DNA of 64,000 nucleotides from Spirochaetia bacterium (GTDB taxonomy: Bacteria; Spirochaetota; Spirochaetia; SP-2023). A model generated the notes under the pieces. That model had not been told where the DNA came from, did no database searches, and was given only the letters and a program-made list of their open reading frames with translations. Below, piece after piece: positions 1 through 10,337 of the stretch; position 1 is the first letter of the stretch; the number at the start of each line of letters is the position of its first letter. A program made the translations under genes and the position numbers. Location of the stretch: assembly GCA_965225855.1 (NCBI GenBank), contig CBDDCK010000005.1, positions 160,001 through 224,000 of the forward strand, read 5' to 3'.

Positions 1-561
1 GGTGCCAAAGACACACTCATAGGATTAACCGAAGGCCGTATTAGCGTAGATGATCTAATTATTACAGATTTCATTGTCCAAGCTCCTTTCCCCGTTATTG
101 CGGCTATGGAAGGCCATGCGATGGGAGGTGGACTTGTTATGGCTGCAGCTTGCGATATAGTACTTGCTTCACACGAAAGCCGTTATGGTGCAGTATTTAT
201 GAATATGGGATTTACTCCCGGTATGGCGACTACAACTTTATTACCCCAACTGATGGGGCCGTACCTTGCAGCCGAAATGATGTATACTGGCAAACGTTTC
301 AAAGGAAAGGAACTAGAGGGAAAAGGCTGTAATATAAACTATATAATACCGAAAGCCGAAGTACTGCCTAAAGCTAACGATATAGCCGGACAAATGGCTG
401 AAAAGCCCAAAGAAAGTTTATATTTACTCAAACATAGCCTTGGAGCTGTAAAGAAAAAGCTTGTAGTGGAAGCCCGTTTACAAGAAGATTTAATGCATAA
501 AATTTCTTTTAACTTACCAGAGACACAGTCTATAATTAAAGAATTTTATGCAGGCAACTAG
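1..561 (+). CDS. Enoyl-CoA hydratase/decarboxylase family protein, PksI-like (5'-truncated by window edge)
   Basis: Frame is open from base 1 (GAKDTLIGL...PVIAAMEGHAMGGG). Motifs FMNMGFTPGMA, AEKPKESL and MHKISF resemble beta-branching ECH proteins such as B. subtilis PksI. Confidence 0.8.
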   Translation, partial: GAKDTLIGLTEGRISVDDLIITDFIVQAPFPVIAAMEGHAMGGGLVMAAACDIVLASHESRYGAVFMNMGFTPGMATTTLLPQLMGPYLAAEMMYTGKRFKGKELEGKGCNINYIIPKAEVLPKANDIAGQMAEKPKESLYLLKHSLGAVKKKLVVEARLQEDLMHKISFNLPETQSIIKEFYAGN

Positions 562-587
562 CAAATAAATCGAACTAGGAGTTTATT

Positions 588-1427
588 GTGTTTACTATTA
601 ACATGCAAAAAAAAAATGTATTAATTACTGGAGGAACCAAAGGTATTGGCTTAGGGGCTGCAAAATACTTTGCCCAAGCAGGGGCCCAAGTATACCTTAC
701 TTATAAATGGGGTTCTGCCGATATGCAAGCAATTCAATCCCAATTTGAGCAAGAATTGAAAGGTTTAGCTCCCATATTTATTCAAGCAGATGTTTCTCAT
801 GAAGAAGACACCTTAGAAGTAATGGCTGAAATTGCCCAACATTGTGATTTTTTAGATGTATTTATTAGCAATGTTGGTTTTGCCTTAAAAACAGAAAGCC
901 TTGATGATTATAAAAAGCGTTCACTATATAAAACTTTGGATTATAGTTCTTGGCCGATGGTTGATTACTGCCAACAAGCAAAAAAACAATTTGGTAAATA
1001 CCCCCGTTATGTTTTAGGCGTATCCAGTAACGGCCCAGAACATTACTACCCAGGCTATGATTTTGTAGCAGCTTCCAAAGCTATGTTAGAATTTTTTGGC
1101 CGCTATCTAGCTGTACATTTACAAAAAGAAGGTTCTTGCGTTAATGTTGTTCGGTTTGGTACGGTAAAAACCGAATCTTTTGAATTTATTTTTGGCGATG
1201 AATTTTTTGAGTTTTCGCAAAAAAATGGTGTTGACCCTAAATTCCAATTAACTGCAAATGACTGTGGCCAAGTATTATTTGCCCTTTGTTCTGGTTTATT
1301 TGATTCAATGAATGGACAACTATTACAGGTTGACCATGGCCTGCCATTTCAGGACAATCTGATGAACCATTTTAACTTTCTACAAAATCACAATTCTTGT
1401 GATCATTGGTATGTCGATGCTGGCTGA
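588..1427 (+). CDS. SDR family oxidoreductase (enoyl-ACP-reductase-like)
   Basis: TGGTKGIG NAD(P)-binding motif; YxxxxxSK active-site spacing (YDFVAASK); RBS aggag before the GTG. Confidence 0.8.
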   Translation: MFTINMQKKNVLITGGTKGIGLGAAKYFAQAGAQVYLTYKWGSADMQAIQSQFEQELKGLAPIFIQADVSHEEDTLEVMAEIAQHCDFLDVFISNVGFALKTESLDDYKKRSLYKTLDYSSWPMVDYCQQAKKQFGKYPRYVLGVSSNGPEHYYPGYDFVAASKAMLEFFGRYLAVHLQKEGSCVNVVRFGTVKTESFEFIFGDEFFEFSQKNGVDPKFQLTANDCGQVLFALCSGLFDSMNGQLLQVDHGLPFQDNLMNHFNFLQNHNSCDHWYVDAG

Positions 1428-1466
1428 ATACATTGATAAAACTAAAGCCTTACAAGGAGCAATATT

Positions 1467-1712
1467 ATGCAAAAAAAAGAAATCATTGCGGTAATTAAAC
1501 AACAGATTGTGGACAATTTGGATGATGTCAATATTGAGGATATAGACCCCAATAAGTCTATGAAAGACTATGGAGCTAATAGTTTGGATATTATAGAAGT
1601 GGTCTCTTGTTCTATGCGTGAATTAAAGATAAAGGTTCCACGAGCAGAATTGGCTGATATTACTACTATTGACGAATTGGCGAATAAATTTGTGGAAGTT
1701 GTCAATTCTTAA
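1467..1712 (+). CDS. Acyl carrier protein, AcpK-like
   Basis: 81 aa acidic protein with GANSLD phosphopantetheine site and KVPRAELA motif; RBS aaggag. Confidence 0.85.
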   Translation: MQKKEIIAVIKQQIVDNLDDVNIEDIDPNKSMKDYGANSLDIIEVVSCSMRELKIKVPRAELADITTIDELANKFVEVVNS

Positions 1713-1724
1713 AACTAATTACTT

Positions 1725-1775
1725 AAAAAAATGCCTCTGTAAAATATTTATTCTTATTTGCGGAGGCATCTTTTT
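1725..1775. terminator. Putative bidirectional intrinsic terminator
   Basis: aaaaaaatgcctctgtaaa...tttgcggaggcatcttttt imperfect stem between convergent genes. Confidence 0.5.
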
Positions 1776-1799
1776 ATATGAATTGCAACTATTTTTAGG

Positions 1800-2753
1800 C
1801 TAGATTTTTTGAGTAATAAGAGTAGCGAATATACCTCTAATTGGCAGGCCGTCTTCTGCAACTTTGCCTAGGTGTCCGTAACTTTCGCGATATTCAAGAA
1901 TCGTCCAGCCTTGTTGCATATATAAATATTTTACTTGATCACTGTGAGGTAAGAAATGAAAGCTGCTAGGCCAAATGATTTTTGGGTTCTCACTGGCAAT
2001 GGGGAATACCAACAGATGCAAAGCTCCGCTAGAAGCCCTTTCCATGCAGTGGGATAGTAACGCTGGAGAGGCATCCGCCTGAAGGAATTGTAAGCTAACG
2101 ATAGCCATGGTAATATCGTGGGCTGGAGCTTCACGCCAAGTATTGAGATCGACTTGTTGGACTATGAGTTTCTTCTCTAAATTTTCGGCCTTAGACATGT
2201 TTTCCAATGTTTTAAGACTATTAATATTTTTATCTATTCCCATTACCTTGTATTCTTGATTTTTATCCCCAGCGAAGATGACAGAATTTCGCCCACGACC
2301 ACAACCTAAATCGAGAATTTGAAGCGGGCGCAAACCCAATTGGGGGTGAAGTTGAATGTAATAAGATTTAAAATAAGAAACTTCGCTATGAGGCTGCCCA
2401 AGACCGTTATCATGATTAAATTTTTTATTGAAATATAGATTGGGAATAGTGGAAAATTTTGCAACTCCAGTAATATCAGCTCCTAAATTTTTGAGCTGAA
2501 AAAACTGCCCTGGATAAAGTAAATAAGACTTTGTATCGTTTAAGCTTTTTTCACTACAGAAGCTTAATTGTAAATTCTCTTGTGATTTGCGAGTAGGGCC
2601 CAATTTATATAGGGAAAGTTGCAATTGGGAAGAATGCTCTGGCTTTAATTGCAACCAAGTGCCTTCTGGTACAAGTTGGATATCTTCTTTTGCCAGCGAG
2701 GCTAATGGCACAGTGCGAAATACAATAAGATGCTCTGTTTTGAATTGTAACAT
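1800..2753 (-). CDS. tehB: TehB-like SAM-dependent methyltransferase
   Basis: ILDLGCGRGRNS SAM motif; LQFLQ, GWTILEYRESYGHL and FATLITQK match the TehB C-terminal domain, with an extra N-terminal domain. Confidence 0.7.
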   Translation of the reverse strand: MLQFKTEHLIVFRTVPLASLAKEDIQLVPEGTWLQLKPEHSSQLQLSLYKLGPTRKSQENLQLSFCSEKSLNDTKSYLLYPGQFFQLKNLGADITGVAKFSTIPNLYFNKKFNHDNGLGQPHSEVSYFKSYYIQLHPQLGLRPLQILDLGCGRGRNSVIFAGDKNQEYKVMGIDKNINSLKTLENMSKAENLEKKLIVQQVDLNTWREAPAHDITMAIVSLQFLQADASPALLSHCMERASSGALHLLVFPIASENPKIIWPSSFHFLPHSDQVKYLYMQQGWTILEYRESYGHLGKVAEDGLPIRGIFATLITQKI

Positions 2754-3021
2754 GAGTCGCTCCTAAATTAATGAAAATATATCGGTATTATGTGAGCCAA
2801 ATATTTAGTTAATGACAAAACTAATGACAAAACTTTATTTTTTAGAAAAATAAAGGTAGGAAAATTTATTCAACAGATTATATTTACAAGAAAGGCACAA
2901 AGCTAGAACTATCTTGGGTAAAGAATATAAATAAAATTAACAATAGTGGTTCTAATATTGGGCCAAAACTCAAAGCAAATGAAGAATTATATTTGATTAT
3001 CTAATTTTAGTGATTCTATTA

Positions 3022-3049
3022 TTGCCATATAAAATTTTTCTTGTAAACT
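3022..3049 (+). promoter_or_regulatory. Possible sigma70 promoter of the flagellar operon
   Basis: TTGCCA-16 bp-TAAACT upstream of flgB. Confidence 0.3.
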
Positions 3050-3124
3050 AGCGGGATACATAAAAGTGTAGCAGGTTTTGCTATCTTGATTACATTTTTT
3101 TAGACTTTCTAAACAGAGGATTAT

Positions 3125-3541
3125 ATGTTTGAGCGAACTACATTTGGGAAAACTTTAGGAATACTTGAGCGATCGATGCAAGTGGCAAGTATTCGCCGTG
3201 ATGTTATTGCCAATAATTTGTCGAATGCGAGTACTCCAAATTTTAAGCGTAGCCAATTGTCTTTTGAGGCTCAGCTAGGTAGGGCTTTGGCATCAGAACA
3301 AGAGCCCATACTGCCACTCAAGCAAACAAATGCTCGACATATCAATCCTTTTGAATCATATGATTATCGTAAAATTAAGCCACGCCGTACTTTAGATTAT
3401 CTAAGTCAAAGTGATAATAATGGCAATAATGTGGATTATGATCAAGAAGTAGGAGATGCTTTAAAAAATCAAATGCGTTATGAGTCAATGGCAGCATCTA
3501 TTGGTTTTCATTTTGGACAAATAAAAAAAATTTTATCTTAG
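3125..3541 (+). CDS. flgB: Flagellar basal-body rod protein FlgB
   Basis: IANNLSNASTPNFKR and NGNNVD motifs. Confidence 0.95.
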   Translation: MFERTTFGKTLGILERSMQVASIRRDVIANNLSNASTPNFKRSQLSFEAQLGRALASEQEPILPLKQTNARHINPFESYDYRKIKPRRTLDYLSQSDNNGNNVDYDQEVGDALKNQMRYESMAASIGFHFGQIKKILS

Positions 3542-3568
3542 AAGATTTTTTGTTAAGGTGTAAATATT

Positions 3569-4027
3569 ATGGGAATTTTTTCAGCAATTAATATTGCTAG
3601 CTCGGGTATGAGCGCACAGAATATTCGCAAAGATGTAATTGCGAACAATATAGCGAATGCAAATACTACGCGTACGCCAGAAGGTGGCCCTTTTCGCCGA
3701 AGCCGGACGATTTTAAAAACGGCCAATTCACAACCTTATTGGCGGTCGCCATTTTTACCAGAAGCTTTAGATAATGGTATTGGTAAAGGGGTGATTGTTG
3801 ATAAGATCGAAAAAGATATGAGTGATTCTCGATTAGTTTATGATCCCACCCACCCCGATGCACAGAAAACTGGAAGATTGGCTGGATATGTGGAATACCC
3901 CAACGTCAATATTATGGAAGAAATGGTTGATATGACAGAAGTTCAACGTGCTTATGAAGCAAATGCTCGGATTGTAGATGGTTCTAAAAGTATGTATAAA
4001 AGTGTTGTTGATCTTTTGCGTGGATAA
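3569..4027 (+). CDS. flgC: Flagellar basal-body rod protein FlgC
   Basis: IANNIANANTTRTPEGGPFRR, YDPTHPDA and PNVNIMEEM motifs. Confidence 0.95.
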   Translation: MGIFSAINIASSGMSAQNIRKDVIANNIANANTTRTPEGGPFRRSRTILKTANSQPYWRSPFLPEALDNGIGKGVIVDKIEKDMSDSRLVYDPTHPDAQKTGRLAGYVEYPNVNIMEEMVDMTEVQRAYEANARIVDGSKSMYKSVVDLLRG

Positions 4028-4056
4028 TATTATTTTAATTCTTTTAGAGTTTATAT

Positions 4057-4416
4057 ATGAACATAATTCGTGATTTACCTAACTTTCAAGCTAAAACTAT
4101 TCAGCGTCCTGATACCAATTTACGCAGTACCAATCCTTTGCACCTTACAAAAGATGGTCAAATGCCCGGTGTTATTGATAATCAAAAGTCAGAGCTTGGT
4201 ACTTTTGGTGATATGGTTTTAGATGCTTTAGGCCAAACAAATAATCAAATTTTAGACAGTCAATTATTGCAACAGCAGGCTATTGTAAGCCCTGATTCTG
4301 TTGATCCTTCTACTATAGTAGTGAGTATGCTCAAAGCTGATATGAGTTTGAGCTTGACTAAAGCGGTAATTGATCGCGCCATTGCAGCCTATAAAGAACT
4401 AACTACTGTTCGTTAG
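4057..4416 (+). CDS. fliE: Flagellar hook-basal body protein FliE
   Basis: Position between flgC and fliF; C-terminal KADMSL...DRAIAAYKEL. Confidence 0.9.
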   Translation: MNIIRDLPNFQAKTIQRPDTNLRSTNPLHLTKDGQMPGVIDNQKSELGTFGDMVLDALGQTNNQILDSQLLQQQAIVSPDSVDPSTIVVSMLKADMSLSLTKAVIDRAIAAYKELTTVR

Positions 4417-4467
4417 TGAATAGATTTTTTAGTAGACTATAAGGAATTTTTGTGAGGGGCGTATATA

Positions 4468-6171
4468 ATGGGTGATTTTTTTAGAAACATCCTTCATGCC
4501 ATAATTAATAATTGGAATAAATGGTCGGCCATTCAGCGTTTCATCTTTATAGGTGTAGTTGTTCTTTTTTTCGCTACCTTTGTCTCGTTATTTTTTTGGG
4601 GTAGTGCTCCAGTTCAGACGGCAATATTTAATATTTCGATTCAAGATCAGAATGTTCTCGATCAAGTGGCGTTGCGTTTAGATCAAGAAAATATTCCTTA
4701 TACAATTAGTAGCGGTAAAATATATGTTGCTGATAGTAAAACAGCTCGAATGGTTCGTGCTCTATTAGTGCAGGAAGATTTAGTGCCGTCGAATATCAAT
4801 CCGTGGTCCGTTTTTGATGTGGATCGTTGGACGACATCGCAATTTGAGAATGATGTTCGATTGCGTCAAGCCATTACCCAAAGTTTGGAGCAACATATTA
4901 CGGCATTGAAGACCATTGATAATGCTTCGGTAACGCTTGTAACGCCTAAGAAAGAGGTTTTCAGGGATTTGCAGGAACCAACTACTGCATCTGTAATTCT
5001 TACCCCTAGGCCGGGTATTAATTTAGAAGAAGAGAAAAAACAAGTACAAGGGATTGTTCGTTTAATTAGCTTTGCTGTTGCTGGATTGGTGCCAGATAAT
5101 ATTACTGTATTGGATAATAATGGTGTAGTTTTAAATGATTTTGAAAGTCTCAGAGATTTTGATCGTCTTGCGTTGGGTGCAAAAGTGCTAAAGCAAAAGA
5201 AGATTGTAGAAGCCGAATTAACTCGAAAAATTTCGCAATCTCTTAGCCGTATTATTGGTAAAGATCGTTTGGAAATTATCAACGTGGCTATTGACTTAGA
5301 TTATATCGACCGCAAAGAACGTTCTAAAGAGTTTTTGCCTATTACTCTAAAGGAAGATGACCCAAAAACACCTTACGATGAGACAGAAGTTTTAGCACCG
5401 GCACCAATTTCTGAAGTAGTAACAAAAGAAAATTTTGAAGGTAGTGCATTTAATCCTGAAGGACCCGCAGGGCAAGAAGGCCAAACTCCACCCGGCTATA
5501 AAGAATTAGAAAATACGCCTGGAAAATACGTTAAAGATTCTACTGTCAATAATTACCAATATGGTGAAAGAGAAAAGGAAGAAACAGCGAGTCCTTTGGA
5601 TATTAAAAAGATTGCAGTTGGTGTTGCCATTGATGGGACTTGGGAGAAAGTTTACGATGAATCGGGTTGGCTCAAAATAGTTAATGGAAAAATTGAAAGA
5701 GAATACAAACCTGTTCCTCCAGATATTTTGGCCAATATTCGCAACGTTTTAAAAGATTCTTTAGGTATCGATGAAACTAGGGGCGATACGGTTACAGTTG
5801 AAAATATACCTTTTAACCGTAGTCTCCAATTTTCTCAAGAAGATGAGGTCTATGAAACAGCTAAGGCACGGCAGCGCATTTTACTGATTTTGCTCGGTGC
5901 TCTAGTTGGGCTTGCTCTCTTGGTGCTATTACTGCGTTTTATTATAAAAGAACGTGATCACCGCAGGCGTGAACGCCAAGAGGAATTGGAACGACAACAT
6001 CAAGCGATGCGTGAAGCTGCGTTGCGTGCAGCAGAAGAAGATATTGCAAATTCCCAGATGGCTGAAGCCAATCGGGGCAATATAGAGTTGCAAGAGAGTG
6101 CTGTAAATTTAACACGTGATAACCCAAAGGGTGTGGCTCAACTAATACGAGTGTGGATGGCAGATGATTAG
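4468..6171 (+). CDS. fliF: Flagellar MS-ring protein FliF
   Basis: Two TM segments, ASVILTP, AVAGLVPDNITVLD and C-terminal VAQLIRVW. Confidence 0.95.
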   Translation: MGDFFRNILHAIINNWNKWSAIQRFIFIGVVVLFFATFVSLFFWGSAPVQTAIFNISIQDQNVLDQVALRLDQENIPYTISSGKIYVADSKTARMVRALLVQEDLVPSNINPWSVFDVDRWTTSQFENDVRLRQAITQSLEQHITALKTIDNASVTLVTPKKEVFRDLQEPTTASVILTPRPGINLEEEKKQVQGIVRLISFAVAGLVPDNITVLDNNGVVLNDFESLRDFDRLALGAKVLKQKKIVEAELTRKISQSLSRIIGKDRLEIINVAIDLDYIDRKERSKEFLPITLKEDDPKTPYDETEVLAPAPISEVVTKENFEGSAFNPEGPAGQEGQTPPGYKELENTPGKYVKDSTVNNYQYGEREKEETASPLDIKKIAVGVAIDGTWEKVYDESGWLKIVNGKIEREYKPVPPDILANIRNVLKDSLGIDETRGDTVTVENIPFNRSLQFSQEDEVYETAKARQRILLILLGALVGLALLVLLLRFIIKERDHRRRERQEELERQHQAMREAALRAAEEDIANSQMAEANRGNIELQESAVNLTRDNPKGVAQLIRVWMADD

Positions 6172-6235
6172 AATTAAGTACTTCGCCAGCAATTAGATAC
6201 CGGAGGAGTTAAATAGTTCAGAGGAGTATTGTTAT

Positions 6236-7267
6236 ATGTCGAAATTGAAAACGGGGGCAGCAGAACATGAGGTTTTATCGGGTCGCCAGAAAGTTGCTAT
6301 TTTTCTTGTTACTCTGGGAGCCGAAATATCGGCCAATGTATTTCAGCACCTAACTCAAGAAGAAGTCGAAACCATTACTTTTGAGATTGCTCGTTTAGGT
6401 AATATTAAGTCCGAAGATCGCGATCTTGTTCTGCAAGAATTTCAAGAAATGATGATGGCTCAAGATTTTATGGCTTCTGGTGGTGTTGATTATGCCCGCG
6501 AGTTGCTAGAAAAATCGATGGGCGCTGATAAAGCGATTGAGATTATCAATCGTCTAACCTCATCTTTAAAATCCCGTCCTTTTGATTTTGTACGCCGTGC
6601 AGACTCGCAGCATATTCTCAATTTTATCCAACAAGAACATCCTCAGACCATTGCTTTGATTCTCTCGTATATTGATGCGGCTAAAGCTTCTGCAGTGCTT
6701 GGGGGCTTGGACCATGAAATGCAGTCTGAAGTGGCTAAACGCATTGCCAATATGGAACGTTCGTCTCCAGAAGTGATTAGGGAAGTTGAGCGCGTTTTGG
6801 AAAAAAAATTGTCTTCTATTTCTTCCGAAGATTTGGCCATTGCTGGTGGTGTGGATAGTATCGTTGAAATATTGAATACAATCGACCGAGCAACCGAACG
6901 CAGTATTATGGAAAGTTTAGAAGAAGATGATCCAGAGCTAGCCGAAGAAATCCGCAAAAAAATGTTTGTCTTTGATGACATTGTTATGCTAGATGATGGT
7001 TCGATCCAGCGGATGCTAAAAGAAGTTGATCAACAAGATTTAAGTAAAGCTTTAAGGGCTGTAGATGATGGGGTAAAAGATAAAATTTTCCGTAATATGT
7101 CAAAGCGTGCAGCGGCAATGTTGGAAGAGGATATGCAGTTTATGGGTCCTGTCCGTATGAGTGATGTTGAAGATGTACAACAAAAAATAGTTGGTATTAT
7201 TCGTAAGCTAGAAGAAGCGGGTGAAATTATTATTGTTCGTGGTGGTGATGAAGACCTATTAGTTTAA
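6236..7267 (+). CDS. fliG: Flagellar motor switch protein FliG
   Basis: EHPQTIALILS, MFVFDD and MGPVRMSDVEDVQ motifs. Confidence 0.97.
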   Translation: MSKLKTGAAEHEVLSGRQKVAIFLVTLGAEISANVFQHLTQEEVETITFEIARLGNIKSEDRDLVLQEFQEMMMAQDFMASGGVDYARELLEKSMGADKAIEIINRLTSSLKSRPFDFVRRADSQHILNFIQQEHPQTIALILSYIDAAKASAVLGGLDHEMQSEVAKRIANMERSSPEVIREVERVLEKKLSSISSEDLAIAGGVDSIVEILNTIDRATERSIMESLEEDDPELAEEIRKKMFVFDDIVMLDDGSIQRMLKEVDQQDLSKALRAVDDGVKDKIFRNMSKRAAAMLEEDMQFMGPVRMSDVEDVQQKIVGIIRKLEEAGEIIIVRGGDEDLLV

Positions 7268-7300
7268 GCGAGAATGAGAGAAGGAGCGGATAAATAGAAT

Positions 7301-8353
7301 ATGAATAAGCGAGACAAGATTTTTCACCCCACGGAAATTATTGATCTTACTCGTCAATCGCAGCGAGAAATTAATATTGCGATACCGAAATTTGACGATG
7401 TTGAAGAAGTTGTTGAGGTATATACAGGCCCTAGTCCTGATGATATACGCCAAGAGATTGCTGGATTGAGAGAACAGTGGCAACGCCAAAAATCACAAGA
7501 GCAAGAAAATCTGCAGTCTAATTTAAATATGCAACGCTATAATTTGAATGAAGAGTTGGAAGAGTTGCGGAAAAATGCTCAAGATAATGCGGAACAAATT
7601 TTGCATAATGCGAAGCAAGAAGCTCAAAATATTGTTGCTCATGCACAGCAGCAAGCTGAGGAAATGCTATCAAATTCCAAATTAAAAATAGAAATTTTGG
7701 AAGATGAAGGTAGGGAAAAAGGTCTGAAAGAAGGTATCAAAGAAGGTTATGAACAAGGTTTTGCTGAAGTAAGGCGGCTGACAAGCCAATTACACTATAT
7801 GATATCGGGGGTGTTGCAGCGTCGCGAAGAAATTATTGCTTCACTAGAGAGTGATTTGATAGATTTGACTTTGTTGATTGCCCGTAAGGTAGTGAAAGTC
7901 CTTTCAGAAAACCAGAAAGATATTGTTATTTATAATACTTTAGAGGCTCTCAAAAAATTGCGTTGTCGTGGTAGTGTAACGTTGCGTGTCAATCCCGAAG
8001 ATTTGAATGTTTGCTTAGAAAATAAGGAACATTTCATACGAGAAGTGGAAAATCTAGAAGGTGTCCATGTAGTTGAGGATCAAATTTTACAGCGGGGTGG
8101 TTGCATTGTAGAAAGCGACTTTGGTGAAATTGATGCTCGGATTTCTTCACAATTGCGTGAAGTTGAAGATAAAATTCTTTCTGTTAGGCCTATGCGTAGA
8201 CGCAGTCCGCGGCGGCTTAGCGAAGATATTATTCGTAAAGATGAAGAAGAATTGGAAAATTTTGTGAATTCCATCTCTGCTGAAAACGAAAGTTCGGCTG
8301 TTGTTTCCAGTACATCACTGCAGAATGATTCTTCCAATGTAATTTCTCCGTAA
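7301..8353 (+). CDS. fliH: Flagellar assembly protein FliH
   Basis: GxxxG repeats (EGREKGLKEGIKEGYEQG), RVNPED and GGCIVESDFGEIDA. Confidence 0.93.
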   Translation: MNKRDKIFHPTEIIDLTRQSQREINIAIPKFDDVEEVVEVYTGPSPDDIRQEIAGLREQWQRQKSQEQENLQSNLNMQRYNLNEELEELRKNAQDNAEQILHNAKQEAQNIVAHAQQQAEEMLSNSKLKIEILEDEGREKGLKEGIKEGYEQGFAEVRRLTSQLHYMISGVLQRREEIIASLESDLIDLTLLIARKVVKVLSENQKDIVIYNTLEALKKLRCRGSVTLRVNPEDLNVCLENKEHFIREVENLEGVHVVEDQILQRGGCIVESDFGEIDARISSQLREVEDKILSVRPMRRRSPRRLSEDIIRKDEEELENFVNSISAENESSAVVSSTSLQNDSSNVISP

Positions 8354-8459
8354 TATATGAAAGCCAAAGTTTGGCAAGTCAAAATTTGGCAAGCGGAAAA
8401 TAAAAAATCGAAAACTTCCGTTCACTTTTACTGCATTTGTTATTGCAGAAGGCGTTTTT

Positions 8460-9881
8460 ATGGATACCTTTGATTCTGTATTGCGTTGTCAAGCTGCTCT
8501 TTATAGCTTGGATACAATTCGGTATGGTGGCAGAATTGAGCGAATACAAGGACAAATGCTTTATTGTAATGGGCCTGTTGCTCAAATTGGTGAAATCTGT
8601 CGTATATTCCCCTCAAAGTATAATCCTTATACTCGTCATAGCGTTAGTTCCGAAATAACAAACGAAACTGTACCTGAATTTTATGGTGAAATTGTGGCTT
8701 TGGAGCGAGAGCATTCCTATATACAGCTCTATGATCAACCGAATGGGCTTCGTATTGGCGATGGAGTGATTGCTTTGGGTCAAGAATTAGAAGTCCCTGT
8801 TTCGGAAGAGCTGCTCGGTCGAGTGGTAGACCCTTTGGTTAGGCCTTTAGATAATGGACCGCCAATTACGGCTTTCGTGAAGTATCCTGCTCAACGCGAA
8901 GCGCCAGAAGTAATGTCGCGCCCCCCTATTGATAGGCAATTGGGGGTTGGTGTACGGGCTATTGATGGTTTATTGCCTTTAGGAAGAGGCCAGCGTATTG
9001 GGATTTTTTCAGGTTCTGGTGTTGGGAAATCCACGCTATTGGGTATGATAGCTCGCAATACTGCGGCTGATATAGTGGTCATTGCTTTGATAGGAGAACG
9101 TAGCAGGGAAGTTCGTGAATTTTTAGAGCGAGATTTAGGGAAAGAAGGCAGAGAACGTTCTATTTTGGTTGTTTCGACATCGAATAGTCCAGCACTTTCT
9201 CGAATCCGTGGGGCCTACAGTGCAACAGCAATTGCCGAATATTTTCGCGATCAAGGCAAAGATGTTCTTTTGCTTTTTGATTCTGTAACCCGTTTTGCAA
9301 CGGCAGGGCGAGAAGTAGGTCTTGCTGTAGGTGAGCCTCCGACAGTACGAGGATTCCCTCCCTCTGTTTTTAATAGTCTTCCGTTATTATTAGAGCGTGC
9401 TGGTCGCAATGAAGTTGGCTCGATTACGGGAATTTATAATGTGTTGGTTGAGGGCGGGGATTTGGACGAGCCGGTATCGGATACGATTCGAGGTATTTTG
9501 GACGGGCATATTATTTTGTCGCGGCAATTGGCCGAACGCTACCATTATCCTGCTATTGATGTTCCTGCCTCTGTTTCTCGTTTGGAACAAAAAATTGCAG
9601 TACCAGAATTTATGCCTATTATAGCTCACGTAAAACGCTTATTATCGGTGTATCGTGAACGTCAAGATTTAATTGAAATTGGTGCCTATGCGTCAGGTAG
9701 TAATCCTTTGCTCGATGAAGCTATTGAGCGTTTAGCAGATTTGCAACAATTTTTACAACAAAGCATTCATGAAAATTCATCACTAGAGCAGACATCTCAA
9801 ATGTTGCTTGAATTAGTTGGTGGAGGTTTGCAAAATGAAAAAGTTCTGGATAAAGTGCAACGTTTGAGTGGGGTTAGATGA
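8460..9881 (+). CDS. fliI: Flagellar export ATPase FliI
   Basis: Walker A GSGVGKST, DSVTRFA and GILDGHIILSR. Confidence 0.96.
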   Translation: MDTFDSVLRCQAALYSLDTIRYGGRIERIQGQMLYCNGPVAQIGEICRIFPSKYNPYTRHSVSSEITNETVPEFYGEIVALEREHSYIQLYDQPNGLRIGDGVIALGQELEVPVSEELLGRVVDPLVRPLDNGPPITAFVKYPAQREAPEVMSRPPIDRQLGVGVRAIDGLLPLGRGQRIGIFSGSGVGKSTLLGMIARNTAADIVVIALIGERSREVREFLERDLGKEGRERSILVVSTSNSPALSRIRGAYSATAIAEYFRDQGKDVLLLFDSVTRFATAGREVGLAVGEPPTVRGFPPSVFNSLPLLLERAGRNEVGSITGIYNVLVEGGDLDEPVSDTIRGILDGHIILSRQLAERYHYPAIDVPASVSRLEQKIAVPEFMPIIAHVKRLLSVYRERQDLIEIGAYASGSNPLLDEAIERLADLQQFLQQSIHENSSLEQTSQMLLELVGGGLQNEKVLDKVQRLSGVR

Positions 9882-10327
9882 AACAATTTCATTTTACTTT
9901 GGAAACTTTACGTACACTCCGTGAAGCAAAATTGGAACAACAGGAACATCATTTGGCTGTGGCCGTTACAGCATATAATCGCAAAAAGGGAGAACTAGAT
10001 GCGAATCGCAAAGCCTGTGCTAAAACTTGGGATAATTTAAATAGCGATCCCAGGCAATCTCATGCAGATTATTTATATGTGCAGCGTTTAGAAAAGCAAA
10101 GTCAGGAAATCGATGCAAAAATGCATGAAACGCACTTGGCAATGGAAGAAGAAAAAAAGCGGTATGCTGCTATGCGCAAAGACCTTCGAGTATTGGAGAA
10201 ACTGCGTGAGAATCAGTACCGTGAACACAAGAGAAAATTGGAATTAGAGCGAGATGAAGAAGCTGCTGAAATGAGCCGAGCGCACAAATTATTCAAATTT
10301 TTGAGTACAATTCCATTTATAGGGTGA
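9878..10327 (+). CDS. fliJ: Flagellar export protein FliJ
   Basis: MKQFHFTLETL start, coiled coil, LEKLRE motif, directly after fliI. Confidence 0.88.
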   Translation: MKQFHFTLETLRTLREAKLEQQEHHLAVAVTAYNRKKGELDANRKACAKTWDNLNSDPRQSHADYLYVQRLEKQSQEIDAKMHETHLAMEEEKKRYAAMRKDLRVLEKLRENQYREHKRKLELERDEEAAEMSRAHKLFKFLSTIPFIG

Positions 10328-10337
10328 AAAAGGGAAC

